A stretch of 64,000 bases of DNA from an uncultured Planctomycetota bacterium (lineage in GTDB: Bacteria; Planctomycetota; Planctomycetia; Isosphaerales; Isosphaeraceae): positions 704,001 through 768,000 of the forward strand of contig CAWGMQ010000005.1 of NCBI GenBank assembly GCA_963823665.1. The letters run 5' to 3'. Position 1 is the stretch's first letter. Every line of letters starts with the position of its first letter. Positions 1 through 11,261 of the stretch are shown piece after piece. Below the pieces are notes generated by a model. It did not search any database, had not been told where the DNA came from, and saw only the letters and a list, made by a program, of their open reading frames with translations. The translations under genes and the position numbers were made by a program.

Positions 1-2408
1 GCGCGCTCGCGAGTGGTCCAGAGCTGCTCGACGACCTCCTGGCACCAGAGTGCGCTGCGCCTCGAGGCACGGATCGGCCGGCCGCCCACCCGCACCTCGA
101 CGGGGTTCGTGTGCAGCTCGGGAAAATGCCGCAGGGCCACCCAGCTACTGTGGTCGATCGCCGCGGTAAAATGCAGCTCGTGAATCTGGCCGTCTGCAAG
201 CACTGCACTCGCGGCTGCGATCTGGCCGTTGATCACCAATTCAACGGACCGGGGCTCGCCTTCCCGGGTGAACTGGCCGTCGCGCCGGGGCTCATGGAGG
301 TCGACCGTGTCGCCGGTGAGCTTGCGACCGCCCGCGGGGATGACGTTGCCATACGCCACAGCCAGCGGCGTCTCGGGTGCGAAAGCCACCCGGGCGCGCA
401 CTTCGACCGTAGCTGGTTTCTCGAGCTCGAGGCGGTCGCCCGGAAGCTTGCCGCCCACGGTGAACTCGAGAGCGTGGGCAAAGCCGTCTGAAACATAAGA
501 CCGGCCGGCCGCCAGGCCTGCACACCAGGTGTCAAACTCGACGGCATTGATTTTTCCCAGGCGGACGTAGACCCGCCCCTGGCCAACCCGCAGGCCGCTC
601 ATGCACGGGAAGTCGGTTTCGCCGCTCACCTTGAGCGGGAATCCGCAATTCAGCAGGTGGTACCACATGTTCCATTCGGCGATGCGGGGCGTATCCATGG
701 CACTGATGAAGTCGCACACGCCCTCCGGTACCGAGACGACGATTTCCATCGCGCCGACACCGTTCATCTCCGGGATTGCGAGATTCGGCAGCGTTCCCGC
801 TGCGCGTTCGTGGGCTGATTCGAGCTCGGCGCGCGTGAGAGCGCCGTCGTGATCCGCGTCGGCCAGGGTGAAATCGGTGGGAAGAAGCGCGCTTGCAGCC
901 TCGGACGCGACAAGGAATCCGTCCGAATTGCGATCGAGTGTTTTGAGCAGACGCTTGGTGGCGTTTTCCGGATTGATCTCGAGGCCCGAGCCGGAGTGTG
1001 CGTACCCCGTGACGGCGCCCTGGCTTTTCGCCCAGCGCAGCACCGGAGTGGTCCAGCTTGGCCAGCCTTTGGTCGCGGTTCCCTCGGAACCGGGGTAGGT
1101 CTGGTCGCGGAGATTGAGCAGGCAGACATGGCCGAGTGCTTGGGAACCGAATCCGCTCACCTCGACGTCGTACTTGATCAACGTTAAAGGCTCACTCACG
1201 CCGTCGGGACGCGGCTCGAAAAAGCGGCGCTGAAAGTCGTAGCACGGGCCCCAGGTCAAGACGCAGCCGACGTTCAATCCTTCACCCTTCACCTGAAGGA
1301 ACATGTCCCTGGGCAGAACGCCCTGCGTTGGATCGGTGTAATGCGCACAACCGGCGGCGTGGATGTGATGATCGCCGGAGTAGAAACCGTGGCGCGCTGG
1401 ATTGACCCATCTCTCCAGTTGCAGCTCCACGGTCAGCTCGCCGCGGTCGGGGACGGCGAGCTCTTGGGTCTTCTGGCGGTATTCCGGACCTCGGCCAAAG
1501 GTCAGGTTCACGCGGCCCGGAGGCAGGAGCACGGTTCCACCGTCGGCGCGGTAGATCTGGCGCTGGAAGAACAGGTCGGGGGCGGTGCGCTTGGGCTGAG
1601 GCGGATGGATACGCCCCGATCGATCGACGAACGTGAGGTGCGCCACCGTGGGCGTGCGGTCGTGGTCGCGAATTCGGAGACGGACCGGAATCGCCGGGCG
1701 CACGTCGAAAAGGACCGGCAGCTCGCCACGAAAGCCGAGGTCCTGGGTGCCCTGGCCGACATCGAAGCCGATCGTCGCTTCTCGTTTGCCCGACTCGCTG
1801 CTATAGAGCAACGCCAGGGCATATTCGACCCGGAGCCCGCTCAGGCTGCTCGTCATCGGCTCGGCCGTCATCATCTCGACCTGGAGAAACCGCCCGGGCG
1901 CTCCGCCCTTCACCTCGCCGTCCGTGAGCTTCTTCTGATCCTGCCGCGCCATGCTCAGATCGGTTGCACCTGCGGTGATCGGGCCGGATTGCGGGCTGGT
2001 GATTCGAACCGGTTTGGTGGTCGCGGCCTCGTTGATGATCTTGACGACCACCGGCGTGTAACCGGACTGCTGCAATACCGGCGCCGCCGGGCCGCGCCCC
2101 GCTTTGACTCGTTCTTCAGGATTGATCGTGACGACGAAGAGCACGTGGTGATCAAGAAGGTCCTGCAGTGATTTTGAGTCGCGCGCGGTGCCGGCGCGAG
2201 CGAGCGCGGCGGCTGCATCTGCGGGCAGCGGTGAACCGATCGAATCGAGTGCGCGCACCAGGCGCTCGACATTGGATGCCAGCGGCTGGGCTTCGACCAC
2301 GACTGGCTCCGGCCTTTGCGCATGGACCATGCCCGAGCACGTGCACAAGAGGATGGCCAGCGCGAATGAAGTGTAGAGCATGTGCGATCCAGGGCGAACG
2401 CGGTGCAT
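1..2408 (-). CDS. CehA/McbA-like (PHP-type) metallohydrolase with an internal EF-hand pair; 3' end runs off the window
   Basis: Absent from the ORF track because there is no stop in the window. Manual translation from ATG 2408 stays in one frame, checked at 1373, 623 and 113. It has a signal-like N-terminus, GFYSGDHHIH, YAHSG, WYHLLNCGF-x-SGETDFPC and HTNPV motifs, and EF-hand-like loops DRNSDGFLVASE and DADHDGALTRAE. Confidence 0.8.
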   Translation of the reverse strand, partial: MHRVRPGSHMLYTSFALAILLCTCSGMVHAQRPEPVVVEAQPLASNVERLVRALDSIGSPLPADAAAALARAGTARDSKSLQDLLDHHVLFVVTINPEERVKAGRGPAAPVLQQSGYTPVVVKIINEAATTKPVRITSPQSGPITAGATDLSMARQDQKKLTDGEVKGGAPGRFLQVEMMTAEPMTSSLSGLRVEYALALLYSSESGKREATIGFDVGQGTQDLGFRGELPVLFDVRPAIPVRLRIRDHDRTPTVAHLTFVDRSGRIHPPQPKRTAPDLFFQRQIYRADGGTVLLPPGRVNLTFGRGPEYRQKTQELAVPDRGELTVELQLERWVNPARHGFYSGDHHIHAAGCAHYTDPTQGVLPRDMFLQVKGEGLNVGCVLTWGPCYDFQRRFFEPRPDGVSEPLTLIKYDVEVSGFGSQALGHVCLLNLRDQTYPGSEGTATKGWPSWTTPVLRWAKSQGAVTGYAHSGSGLEINPENATKRLLKTLDRNSDGFLVASEAASALLPTDFTLADADHDGALTRAELESAHERAAGTLPNLAIPEMNGVGAMEIVVSVPEGVCDFISAMDTPRIAEWNMWYHLLNCGFPLKVSGETDFPCMSGLRVGQGRVYVRLGKINAVEFDTWCAGLAAGRSYVSDGFAHALEFTVGGKLPGDRLELEKPATVEVRARVAFAPETPLAVAYGNVIPAGGRKLTGDTVDLHEPRRDGQFTREGEPRSVELVINGQIAAASAVLADGQIHELHFTAAIDHSSWVALRHFPELHTNPVEVRVGGRPIRASRRSALWCQEVVEQLWTTRER

Positions 2409-2599
2409 GGTTGCCTCTTAATGAATAATGCCAATCGCACTTTCCGCGACAGCATACCTCTTTCAGAATTGTTTTACATTCTTTCAACACCGGGTTCCGC
2501 GCCGATGCCGACCGTGGTATGATTAACATCGGTTAAGCAATCGTCACACCCGCCTTCGGCTTGCCTTCGACGTCCTGGCCTCCACCGGATCGATGGCCC

Positions 2600-4876
2600 A
2601 TGAGACTGATCAACCACCGTGCCGCTGGCCCGATCGCTATCGGTCTCGCCGTATTTGTGGGGCTTGCGCACTCCAGCCGTGCCGCTGACAAGGACGAAAA
2701 GGCGAAACACTGGGCGTTTCAGCCGATCAAGCGTCCGGCGGTGCCGAGCGTACCGGACGCGAAGTGGTCGCGCAATCCGATTGACCGGTTCGTGTTAGCT
2801 CGGATGCAGGCCGAGGGCATCAGCCCCGGGCCCGCCGCTGATCGCAGAACGCTCATTCGCCGGCTCTACCTCGACCTGATCGGTCTGCCGCCGGATCCGC
2901 TCGAGGTTCAGGAGTTCCTCGACGACCGATCGCCGGATGCTGTTGCCAGAGTGGTCGATCGCCTTCTGGCCAGCCCGCATTACGGCGAGCGCTTCGGCAG
3001 GCACTGGCTCGACGTCGCGCGGTATGCCGAGACCAACGGCTACGAGCGCGATGGCGCCAAGCCGAGTGCGTGGCGATACCGTGACTATGTCATCGATGCC
3101 TTCAACGGCGACAAACCGTATAGTCGATTCGTGACCGAGCAGCTTGCTGGTGACGAAATCGAAGGGTCAGACGCGACTGCTCAGATCGCCACGACGTTTC
3201 TGCGTCTGGGCACGTGGGACGACGAGCCGGCCGAGCCGGCCGTTGACCGCTACGATCAGCTCGACGACGTGCTCGGCACGGCGGCGACGGCGTTTCTGGG
3301 AATCACACTCCGCTGCGCCCGCTGCCATGACCACAAGTTCGAGCCGTTCTCGCAGGTCGACTACTACCGCATGCTCGCCGTCTTCGAGCCGCTCAAGCGC
3401 CCGCAGAACGACCGAGCTGACCTCGACCGACCGGTCGGCTCGGAAGCCGAGCTGGCCGCGTATCAAGCGAGCCTCGCCAGGACCGATGCCGAATTCACCG
3501 CGACCTGGGCACGCGTCGAAGCGCTCGTCAAGCCAGAGATCGACCGGGTGCTCGCCGGCGGCCAGAACGCGGCGAACGGCAAGGGCGCAGGCAAGCGGAC
3601 GTCGCTTCCGCCGATTGCCATCGCGACGTTCCGTCTCGCGGCCGCCGAGCGAAAGCCCGCTCATCGCGAGGTGGTGAGGCACTTCGCAGCAACGCTGGCG
3701 GCCGAGGCACGCGAGATCGCTCCTCCCGAAGTGGCGGCGGCGCTTCGACCGCTGGAGGAACGGCTCGCCGCCATCAAAGCTGCTCACAAGGAGCTGCCGC
3801 ACGCTTATATCTGGTATGAGGACGGCCCGAAGGCGCCTGTGACCCACGTCCTCAAGCGAGGCAATCCGGACGGGCCGGGACCAGCCGCCGAGCCTGGGTT
3901 TCCGGCTGTCCTGTCGTCGAAGCGCGGCGATCAGCCCAGGCCGACCGCGCGGTCGACCGGGCGCAGGCTTTGGCTTGCTCGCTGGCTGAGCAGCCCGGAA
4001 AACCCGCTCGTGGCACGCGTGATCGCCAACCGGGTCTGGCAGTTCCACTTCGGCCGGGGGATCGTGGGCTCTGCCAACGATCTGGGGGTCATGGGCGACG
4101 AACCTACTCATCCCGAGCTGCTCGACTGGCTGGCCTCGGAGCTCATCTCCGGCGGCTGGCGGCTCAAGCCGCTGCACCGGCAGATCGTGCTTTCCGAAAC
4201 GTATCAGCGATCGGCCCGGTTCCAGGCCCAGGCCGCCAAGGTCGATTCGGACGACACGCTGCTCTGGCGGCACCGACAGCGACGTCTCGAAGCGGAAGTC
4301 GTGCGAGACTCGATCCTCGCTGTGAGCGGACGACTGAATACGAAGCTGAACGGCCCTGGGTTCTATCCCACGCTGCCCGCCGCAGTGCTCGCCGGCCAGT
4401 CCGTGCCGGGCCAGGGCTGGGGCAAGTCCGACGAGCAAGAACAGCGCCGGCGCAGCATCTATATCTTCGCCAAGCGCAGCCTGGGAGTGCCGGAAATCGA
4501 GCTGCTCGACGCGCCCGACTCCACCAGCAGTTGCGAGCAGCGAATCGTCTCGACAACCGGACCGCAGGCGCTGGCGTTCTTGAACGGGGCATTCATCCAC
4601 GAACAGGCGCGGCACTTCGCGTCGCGGCTGGTCACGGAAGCCGGCGGCCGGCGTGAAGACCAGATTGAACGCGCGTTCTCGCTCGCCTTGTCACGGCCGC
4701 CGCGATCCGATGAGGTCCGCGCCTCCCTTCTGTTCCTCGAGACACAAGAGCGGTTGATCAAAAGCGAGACGGCTGATGCGAAATCCGCGCGCGGGCATCG
4801 CGACGCCGGGCGCGCGGCCCTCGAAGCTTTCTGCCTGGTCGTCTTGAATATGAACGAGTTCGTCTACAGCAACTGA
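2600..4876 (+). CDS. DUF1549/DUF1553 (PSCyt2/PSD1) domain protein
   Basis: Signal peptide, HWAFQP, NPIDRF, YGERFGRHWLDVARYAET, CARCHDHKF, PTHPELLDWLA, RRLEAEVVRDSIL and QAL-x-LN motifs. Confidence 0.93.
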   Translation: MRLINHRAAGPIAIGLAVFVGLAHSSRAADKDEKAKHWAFQPIKRPAVPSVPDAKWSRNPIDRFVLARMQAEGISPGPAADRRTLIRRLYLDLIGLPPDPLEVQEFLDDRSPDAVARVVDRLLASPHYGERFGRHWLDVARYAETNGYERDGAKPSAWRYRDYVIDAFNGDKPYSRFVTEQLAGDEIEGSDATAQIATTFLRLGTWDDEPAEPAVDRYDQLDDVLGTAATAFLGITLRCARCHDHKFEPFSQVDYYRMLAVFEPLKRPQNDRADLDRPVGSEAELAAYQASLARTDAEFTATWARVEALVKPEIDRVLAGGQNAANGKGAGKRTSLPPIAIATFRLAAAERKPAHREVVRHFAATLAAEAREIAPPEVAAALRPLEERLAAIKAAHKELPHAYIWYEDGPKAPVTHVLKRGNPDGPGPAAEPGFPAVLSSKRGDQPRPTARSTGRRLWLARWLSSPENPLVARVIANRVWQFHFGRGIVGSANDLGVMGDEPTHPELLDWLASELISGGWRLKPLHRQIVLSETYQRSARFQAQAAKVDSDDTLLWRHRQRRLEAEVVRDSILAVSGRLNTKLNGPGFYPTLPAAVLAGQSVPGQGWGKSDEQEQRRRSIYIFAKRSLGVPEIELLDAPDSTSSCEQRIVSTTGPQALAFLNGAFIHEQARHFASRLVTEAGGRREDQIERAFSLALSRPPRSDEVRASLLFLETQERLIKSETADAKSARGHRDAGRAALEAFCLVVLNMNEFVYSN

Positions 4877-4916
4877 CAGGCGATCGCCGACCGCTTCGCC
4901 TGAGGGGGATTGACCC

Positions 4917-6403
4917 ATGAACGGAAACACCGACAGCGAGCGAGACAGGCCCAGGCGGCTCACACCTTGCGGGCAGTCGCGCCGCGAGTTCCTCTGGGAA
5001 TCGGCGGGGGGATTCGTGGGAACGGCGCTGGCCACGCTGCTGGCGGAAGACGGCTTCTTCGCGCGGCGGGCGGCCGCTTCCGAGGCTGAAGACGCATCCG
5101 CGGCAGGCGCCATGGCACCCAAGAAACCGCATTTTCCCGCCAAGGCGAAGGCTTGCATCGTGCTCTTCATGTACGGCGGGGTCAGCCAGGTTGATACGTT
5201 CGATCCCAAGACGGATCTCACCAAGCATCACGGTAAGCCGATTCCAATCCTCGATAGCGACCCGCTGCTCAAGGTGCGCAACCCGGGGAAGCTGCTGGCC
5301 TCGTCGCGCAAGTTTCCGCCGGTACGGAGAGGCGGGGACGACCGTTTCCGACCTGTTCCCTCAGCTCGCTGGGCGGCTGGACGATATCGCCGTGATCCGG
5401 AGCATGTATACAGATAGTTTTGCGCATGGGTCGGGCCTGCTCCAGATGAACACGGGGTTTCTGCGGCAGGGCTTGCCCAGCCTCGGGTCGTGGGTCACCT
5501 ACGGGCTAGGAACAACCAACCGCAACCTGCCGGGCTACGTCGTGCTGCTCGACCATCGCGGCGGGCCGATTTCCGGGCCGCCCAACTGGGGTTCCGGCTT
5601 CATGCCGGCCACGTATCAGGGAACTTTGTTCCGAACGAGCGGCGACCCGATCCTCAACTTGCTGCCGCCAGACGGCACTTCTGCGGCGCAGCAGCGCAAC
5701 CAGCTCGACTTGCTGGGCAAGCTGGGACAACCGCAATTCGGCGGCGACAATGCTGAGCTGGCGGCCCGGATTGCCAGCTACGAGCTGGCGTTTCGCATGC
5801 AGTCGAGTGCGCCGGAGGCGGTTGATCTTTCGAGCGAAACGGTTGAAACGAAGAAGCTGTACGGACTGGACGATCCACGCACCGAGCGATTCGGGCGTCG
5901 CTGCCTCATGGCGCGGCGGCTCGTCGAGCGCGGCGTCCGCTTTGTGCAGGTTTACTCCGGCGGCGGCCACAACGACGAGAACTGGGACGCACATGGCGAC
6001 GTGAACAAGAACCACGAGCTCCACTGCGGTGAGACCGACCGGCCGATGGCGGCCCTGCTTCGGGACCTCAAGAGCCGCGGTTTGCTCGACGAAACCCTGG
6101 TGGTCTGGACCAGCGAGTTCGGGCGGCACGCCCACCGGCCAGAACAACAAGGGGCGCGACCACAGCCCGCGCGGGTTCACGGCCTGGATGGCAGGCGGAG
6201 GCGTCAAGGGGGGCCAGACCTACGGCGCGACCGACGATTTCGGTTACGCGGCAGTCGAGAACAAGGTGCACGTTCACGATTTGCACGCCACCATCTTGCA
6301 CCTCCTGGGCTTCGACCATAGGCTCTTGACATATTTCCACGGCGGCCGCGACATGCGGCTGACGGATGTTTCCGGGCGGGTCGTCCACGAATTGCTCGCA
6401 TGA
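4917..6403 (+). CDS. DUF1501 domain protein (frameshifts near 5320 and 6125)
   Basis: Three overlapping ORF pieces join into one protein: Tat-like [49 protein letters not shown] and [13 protein letters not shown]. It follows a DUF1549/1553 gene, the usual arrangement. Confidence 0.9.
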
Positions 6404-7462
6404 CAAAGGGCCTGGTGATCGTATCCCACGACCGGCTCGAACAAATCGTCCAGGCGATCTTCGCCGCCGGCGGTTCTGAACCCGCCGAACGCGAACGGAT
6501 CGCGCATTACCTGGTCGGCGCCAACCTGGTCGGGCACGACTCGCACGGAGTCATTCGCGTGCCGGCCTACATCGACTGGCTGCGCGCGGGCAAGGTGGTC
6601 GCGAATCAAACGCTGAAAACCGTCTTCGAGAACGACGTGATCGCGGTGGTCGACGGCGGGTTCGGCTTCGGCCAGGTGATGGGCGAAGCCGCGATGAAGC
6701 TCGGAATCGGCAAGACGCGCCGGCAGGGCGTGGCCGTTGTGGCCCTTCGGAACTCGGGCCACCTGGGCCGCATCGGCGACTGGGCCGAGATGGCCGCCGC
6801 GGCGGGCCTGGTCTCGCTGCATTTCGTGAACACGAGCGGAGGCGGCATTCTCGTCGCGCCTTTCGGAGGCACCCAGCGCAGGCTTTCGGCCAACCCGATC
6901 GCGGCGGGAGTTCCGGTCGCAGAACGGGACGCCGATCATCGTCGACATCTCGACCTGCACGATCGCCGAGGGCAAGATCAAGGTGGCGCTTAACAAAGGA
7001 GCGAAGGTTCCCGAAGGCTGCATCCTTGACTCGGAAGGCCGGCCCACCGACGACCCGAAGGCGTTCTACGCCTCACCGCCGGGAGCCATCCTTCCACTTG
7101 GCGGACACAAGGGATACAGCCTGAGCGTCCTGGCCGAGGTGCTCGCAGGCGCACTCACGGGCGGATCGTGCAGCCACTTCGGTGTCGATCGAGTGGCCAA
7201 CAACATGCTGAGTGTCATCCTCGACCCCGCCGTTTTCGTGTCCGGCGACGCGTTTTCCGCCGAGATCGGAGCCTTCGTCGATCACGTCAAGAGCTCGAGG
7301 ACCGTGACCGCGGACGGCGAGATTCTCATGCCGGGCGAGCCCGAAGCACGGTCTCGTGGCCGCAAGCTGCGCGACGGGATCGAGATCGACGAGACGACCT
7401 GGAGCCAGATCGTCGCCACAGGCGCATCACTCGGCGTGACCATCGATGCGAGCGGGCGATGA
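6400..7462 (+). CDS. Ldh_2 family (malate/L-lactate/ureidoglycolate-type) dehydrogenase, frameshift near 6930
   Basis: [41 protein letters not shown] and MPGEPE motifs across ORFs 6400-6993 and 6983-7462. Confidence 0.9.
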
Positions 7463-9194
7463 CATCGCTCCTCGGACTGAAGCTGATCGATCTCGTCATG
7501 ATTGCCGGCTACTTCGCCGCGGTCATGGCAATCGGTTTCTGGGCGTCGCGGAAGGTCAAGACGGAAGACGATTTCTTCCTGGGCGGGCGTAAATTCAGCG
7601 CACCTCTTCTGATCATGCACTGGCTGTGCACCGGCACGCACAGTGAGATGGCGGTCCAGGTTGCCGGTGCAACGGCCCGCGTCGGTCTGGGCGGCATCTG
7701 GTATCAATGGATGTGGCTCTTTTCGACACCATTTTACTGGTTGATCGCTCCGATCACCCGCCGGCTCAGGGTGACCACGACCGGCGACTTCTTCCGCATT
7801 CGCTACGGCAAGAGCCTGGAGATGCTCTACGCGCTGGTGGGGCTCTTCTACTTCGCACTGTCGATCGCGCTGCTCTGCGCGGCGCGGGCGCGGCGATCTC
7901 CGGGGCGACCGGAGGCGCGATTCCGACTCATGCTTCCGTCATCGTGCTTTCCATCTTGTTCTCGACGTACGTGATGGCGGGCGGCCTGGTGGCGGCGGCG
8001 TATACCGACTTCCTGCAAGGTTTGCTGATTATTGCGCTCTCGCTTCTGTTGGTGCCGGCGGGGCTTTCTTTCGTCGGGGGCATTTCGGGTCTGCGCGAGA
8101 AGCTTGCGCCATCATTCTTCGCGATCACAGCACCTCGCGGAGCGCCGGAAGGCGACCCGTGGTTTGTGGTGACGATGTCGATCCTGGGTTTGGTCGGCGT
8201 GGTCGTTCAGCCGCATGTGATGACCGCAACCGGCTCGGGCAAGACCGAGACCGAGGCTCGGGTGGGTATGGTCTATGGCAATTTCATCAAGCGGCTGCTG
8301 ACAATCGCATGGGCCTTCACGGGCTTGATCGCGCTGGCTGCATTCCCCGCGACCCTCGCGGGAATTGATTCGACGAGCCAGCAAGCTCACGAGGCGAGCG
8401 AGACTTTGTTTGGCCAGGCGATTCAACACTTCCTGGGCGACGGCTGGCGCGGCTTGATGGTGGCCTGTTTGATTGCTGGTGTGACGAGTGCCGAGACGTT
8501 CATGGTGGGAGGCTCTGCCCTTTTTACGCGGAATTTCTACGCGCATGCACTACCGAACCGCTCGCACACCCATTACCTGTGGGTTGGCCGGGTCGCGGCG
8601 GGAGGTCTGCTGGCGGTGGGCATCCTGCTGGCATTAACCGCTGCCAGCGTCACGCAGCTCGTGCTCGGCTCGGTGAAGGTGATCGGGCTGCTCGGGGCGG
8701 CGTTCTGGCTGGGTGTGGTCTGGAGGCGCGCGAATCGGGCGGGTGTCTGGGCGAGCTTCGTCGGAAGCCTCTTCGTCTGGGCGCTCATGAGTACTCAGTC
8801 TACTCTCGTACGGCTGGACGACTCATATCAGATCATCATCATGCTCTACACACAGTTCGGACTGTTGATCGTCGTCAGCTTGCTCACTCGCCCTGGCGAC
8901 CCGCGAGAGATCGGCGCTTTCTACGCGCGGATCCACACGCCGGTGGGCAAGGAAGATGAAGTGAGCTGGGATGATCCTCCCCATGACCTGCCCGAGGCGG
9001 CTACAATCGGGCTTGGGGGAGTGGCATTCGACTACCGCAAGTCTTCGCGATTTGCCTATGGCCGATTGCAGGAGCTCGGTCTGGAAATCCCACGTCTTTC
9101 GTGGTTCGATTGGGGAGGATTCCTCGCCGCCTGGGTCATGGTGGGCGGCTTGATCGGGCTGCTCATCTGGCTGGCGGGTCTGGGCGCGAGATAA
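7459..9194 (+). CDS. Sodium:solute symporter (SSS) family transporter, frameshift near 7877
   Basis: DDFFLGGRKF, TTTGDFFRIRYG, GGLVAAAYTDFLQG and many TM helices. ATG overlaps the previous stop. Confidence 0.88.
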
Positions 9195-9249
9195 GTTGTT
9201 GCGATTGTTTCACAGCCATCGAGCTGATTTCTAATCGAGGCATTGTACG

Positions 9250-10005
9250 ATGTCGCAAGCGTTCGAGAACCGCGTGGCTCTGGTAACCGGCGGATCGCGC
9301 GGAATCGGCCGGGCAACCGCGCTGCGACTGGCAAGCGAGGGTGCTGACGTGGCGATCAGCTTCGCCTCGCGCACGCGTGACGCGGATGCGGTGGTTGGTG
9401 AGATCAAGGCTCTCGGGCGCAGGGCGATCAGCGTGGCTTGTAACGTCGCCAAGCCCGACGAGGTTGCCCGTCTGGTCGCCGAGACCAGAACGCAACTGGG
9501 GCCGATTGACCTTCTCGCCCACTGTGGTGCGATCAGCAACATTTGCGACCATTCCGAGCTGTCGTACGAATGCTGGCTCGAGACCATCGACGTCAACCTG
9601 AATGGTGCGTTCCTGGTCGTGTTCGCCGTCAAGGACGCCATGATCGCGCGGAAATTCGGGCGCATTGTGTTGATCTCGTCGGTGGCGGCGCTCCGGCCCC
9701 GGAAGATGCAGATTCACTACGCCTCGTCGAAGGCGGGCGTGATCGCACTCACACGCTGCTGCGCTGAGGCGTTTGCGCCCCACAACGTTCGTGTGAACTG
9801 TGTGGCCCCGGGATTGATCGAGACGGAGATGGCCCACGTTCTCTCGGAAGAGGCGATGAAGCGGATCGTGGCCGACACGCCGGTTGGGCGCATCGGCCAG
9901 CCGCCCGAGATCGCCTCGGTTGTCCGCTTTCTGTTGAGCGAGGAATCCAGCTTCATGACCGGCGAGACGCTCAGCGTCAGCGGGGGGCGAGTGACGTTGC
10001 CTTGA
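9250..10005 (+). CDS. SDR family oxidoreductase (FabG-like)
   Basis: TGGSRGIG, YASSK catalytic motif and VNCVAPGLIET. Confidence 0.93.
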   Translation: MSQAFENRVALVTGGSRGIGRATALRLASEGADVAISFASRTRDADAVVGEIKALGRRAISVACNVAKPDEVARLVAETRTQLGPIDLLAHCGAISNICDHSELSYECWLETIDVNLNGAFLVVFAVKDAMIARKFGRIVLISSVAALRPRKMQIHYASSKAGVIALTRCCAEAFAPHNVRVNCVAPGLIETEMAHVLSEEAMKRIVADTPVGRIGQPPEIASVVRFLLSEESSFMTGETLSVSGGRVTLP

Positions 10006-10087
10006 GTTTGAAATGGAGCGCGGTAGAACTGGATTGTTCCCCTTCGGATCGGTGATTCCTTTTCTTTCCAGAGTCGAGGGCACACCC

Positions 10088-11209
10088 ATGAAACGACGGG
10101 ACTTCTTGAGCAATGCCGTGATCGCTGGTGCGACGCTCGGGCTTGGAGGCAGTCAATTGAAGGCCTCGCCGGGCGAGACCGCCAAGGCCGCGACCAAGTG
10201 GCGCGGCGTGAACCTGGGCGGCTGGCTGGTACTCGAGAAATGGATCACGCCCAGCCTGTACGCCGGCGTGCAGGCCGAGGATGAATACACTCTGTGCCAG
10301 ACACTCGGCAAAGCGAAGGCGACCGAGCGTCTTAAACGGCACCGCGAGACATGGGTCACCGCGAATGATTTCGAATGGCTGAAGGCCCGCGGCATCAACG
10401 CGGTGCGCATTCCTGTCACTTATGGAGTGACCGAGGAGAACCCGCCGTTCATCACGGGAATGGACACGCTCGACTGGGCGTTCCGGACGGCCAAGAAGTG
10501 TGGGATCAGCGTACTGCTGGACCTGCACGGAGTGCCCGGCAGCCAGAACGCGTGGGACCATAGCGGCCGCCAGGGAACGCTTGGCTGGCACACGAGCAAG
10601 GAGAACATCGACCACTCGCTGCGGATCGTCGGCGACCTCGCCTCGCGCTGCAAGGGCTATGAGAACCTGATTGGATTCGAGCTCTTGAACGAGCCGCGCT
10701 ATGACGTACCGCTTGATATCATCAAGCGCTTTTATCAGGATGGCTATCAGCGGGTGCGTGAGCATCTTCCGCCGGAGAAGTGCGCGGTCGTGATGCACGA
10801 CGCATTTCGACCGCGCGATTGGGCCCATTTCATGCCGGAGCCCGAGTACCAGAACGTGATCCTGGACACGCATCCTTACCAGTGTTTCACCGACGACGAT
10901 CGCAAGCGCGACCTGCACGGCCAGGTGCAGCACGCGCTCGTCGAGCGGAAGAAGCTGCTGGAAGACATCGAGCGGCAACTGCCGTGCCTGGTCGGCGAGT
11001 GGTCGTGCGCACTGCCGCCGCAGTCGTTGGGCGATCGCAAGGGCCTGGCGCTCGACTTGGCGATGCGGGCCTATGGCGGTGCTCAGTTGATCAACTATGA
11101 CACGACCAGGGGCTGGTTTTTCTGGACGCTCAAGACGGAGGAAGGGGGCGCCTGGAGCTTTCGGGACTGCGTGCTGCGCGGGTGGTTGCCGGAGGAATAT
11201 GGCGGGTGA
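10088..11209 (+). CDS. Glycoside hydrolase family 5 (exo-1,3-beta-glucanase-like), Tat-exported
   Basis: MKRRDFL Tat signal, RGVNLGGWLVLEKWITPSL, DLHGVPGSQN, ELLNEP (acid/base), VGEWS (nucleophile) and GWFFWT. Confidence 0.9.
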   Translation: MKRRDFLSNAVIAGATLGLGGSQLKASPGETAKAATKWRGVNLGGWLVLEKWITPSLYAGVQAEDEYTLCQTLGKAKATERLKRHRETWVTANDFEWLKARGINAVRIPVTYGVTEENPPFITGMDTLDWAFRTAKKCGISVLLDLHGVPGSQNAWDHSGRQGTLGWHTSKENIDHSLRIVGDLASRCKGYENLIGFELLNEPRYDVPLDIIKRFYQDGYQRVREHLPPEKCAVVMHDAFRPRDWAHFMPEPEYQNVILDTHPYQCFTDDDRKRDLHGQVQHALVERKKLLEDIERQLPCLVGEWSCALPPQSLGDRKGLALDLAMRAYGGAQLINYDTTRGWFFWTLKTEEGGAWSFRDCVLRGWLPEEYGG

Positions 11210-11261
11210 CGGGAGCATCGGCGATTCTGGATGAGCCCGGGGCTCGCTTCCGAAGAGGTCA

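Noticed and set aside
1341..2171. Long antisense or alternate-frame ORFs (this one, and also 3167-4615, 9977-11218, 11521-12642, 33112-34119, 39468-40571, 57022-57969)
   Set aside because: These are shadow ORFs of real genes in high-GC DNA and have no recognisable motifs.
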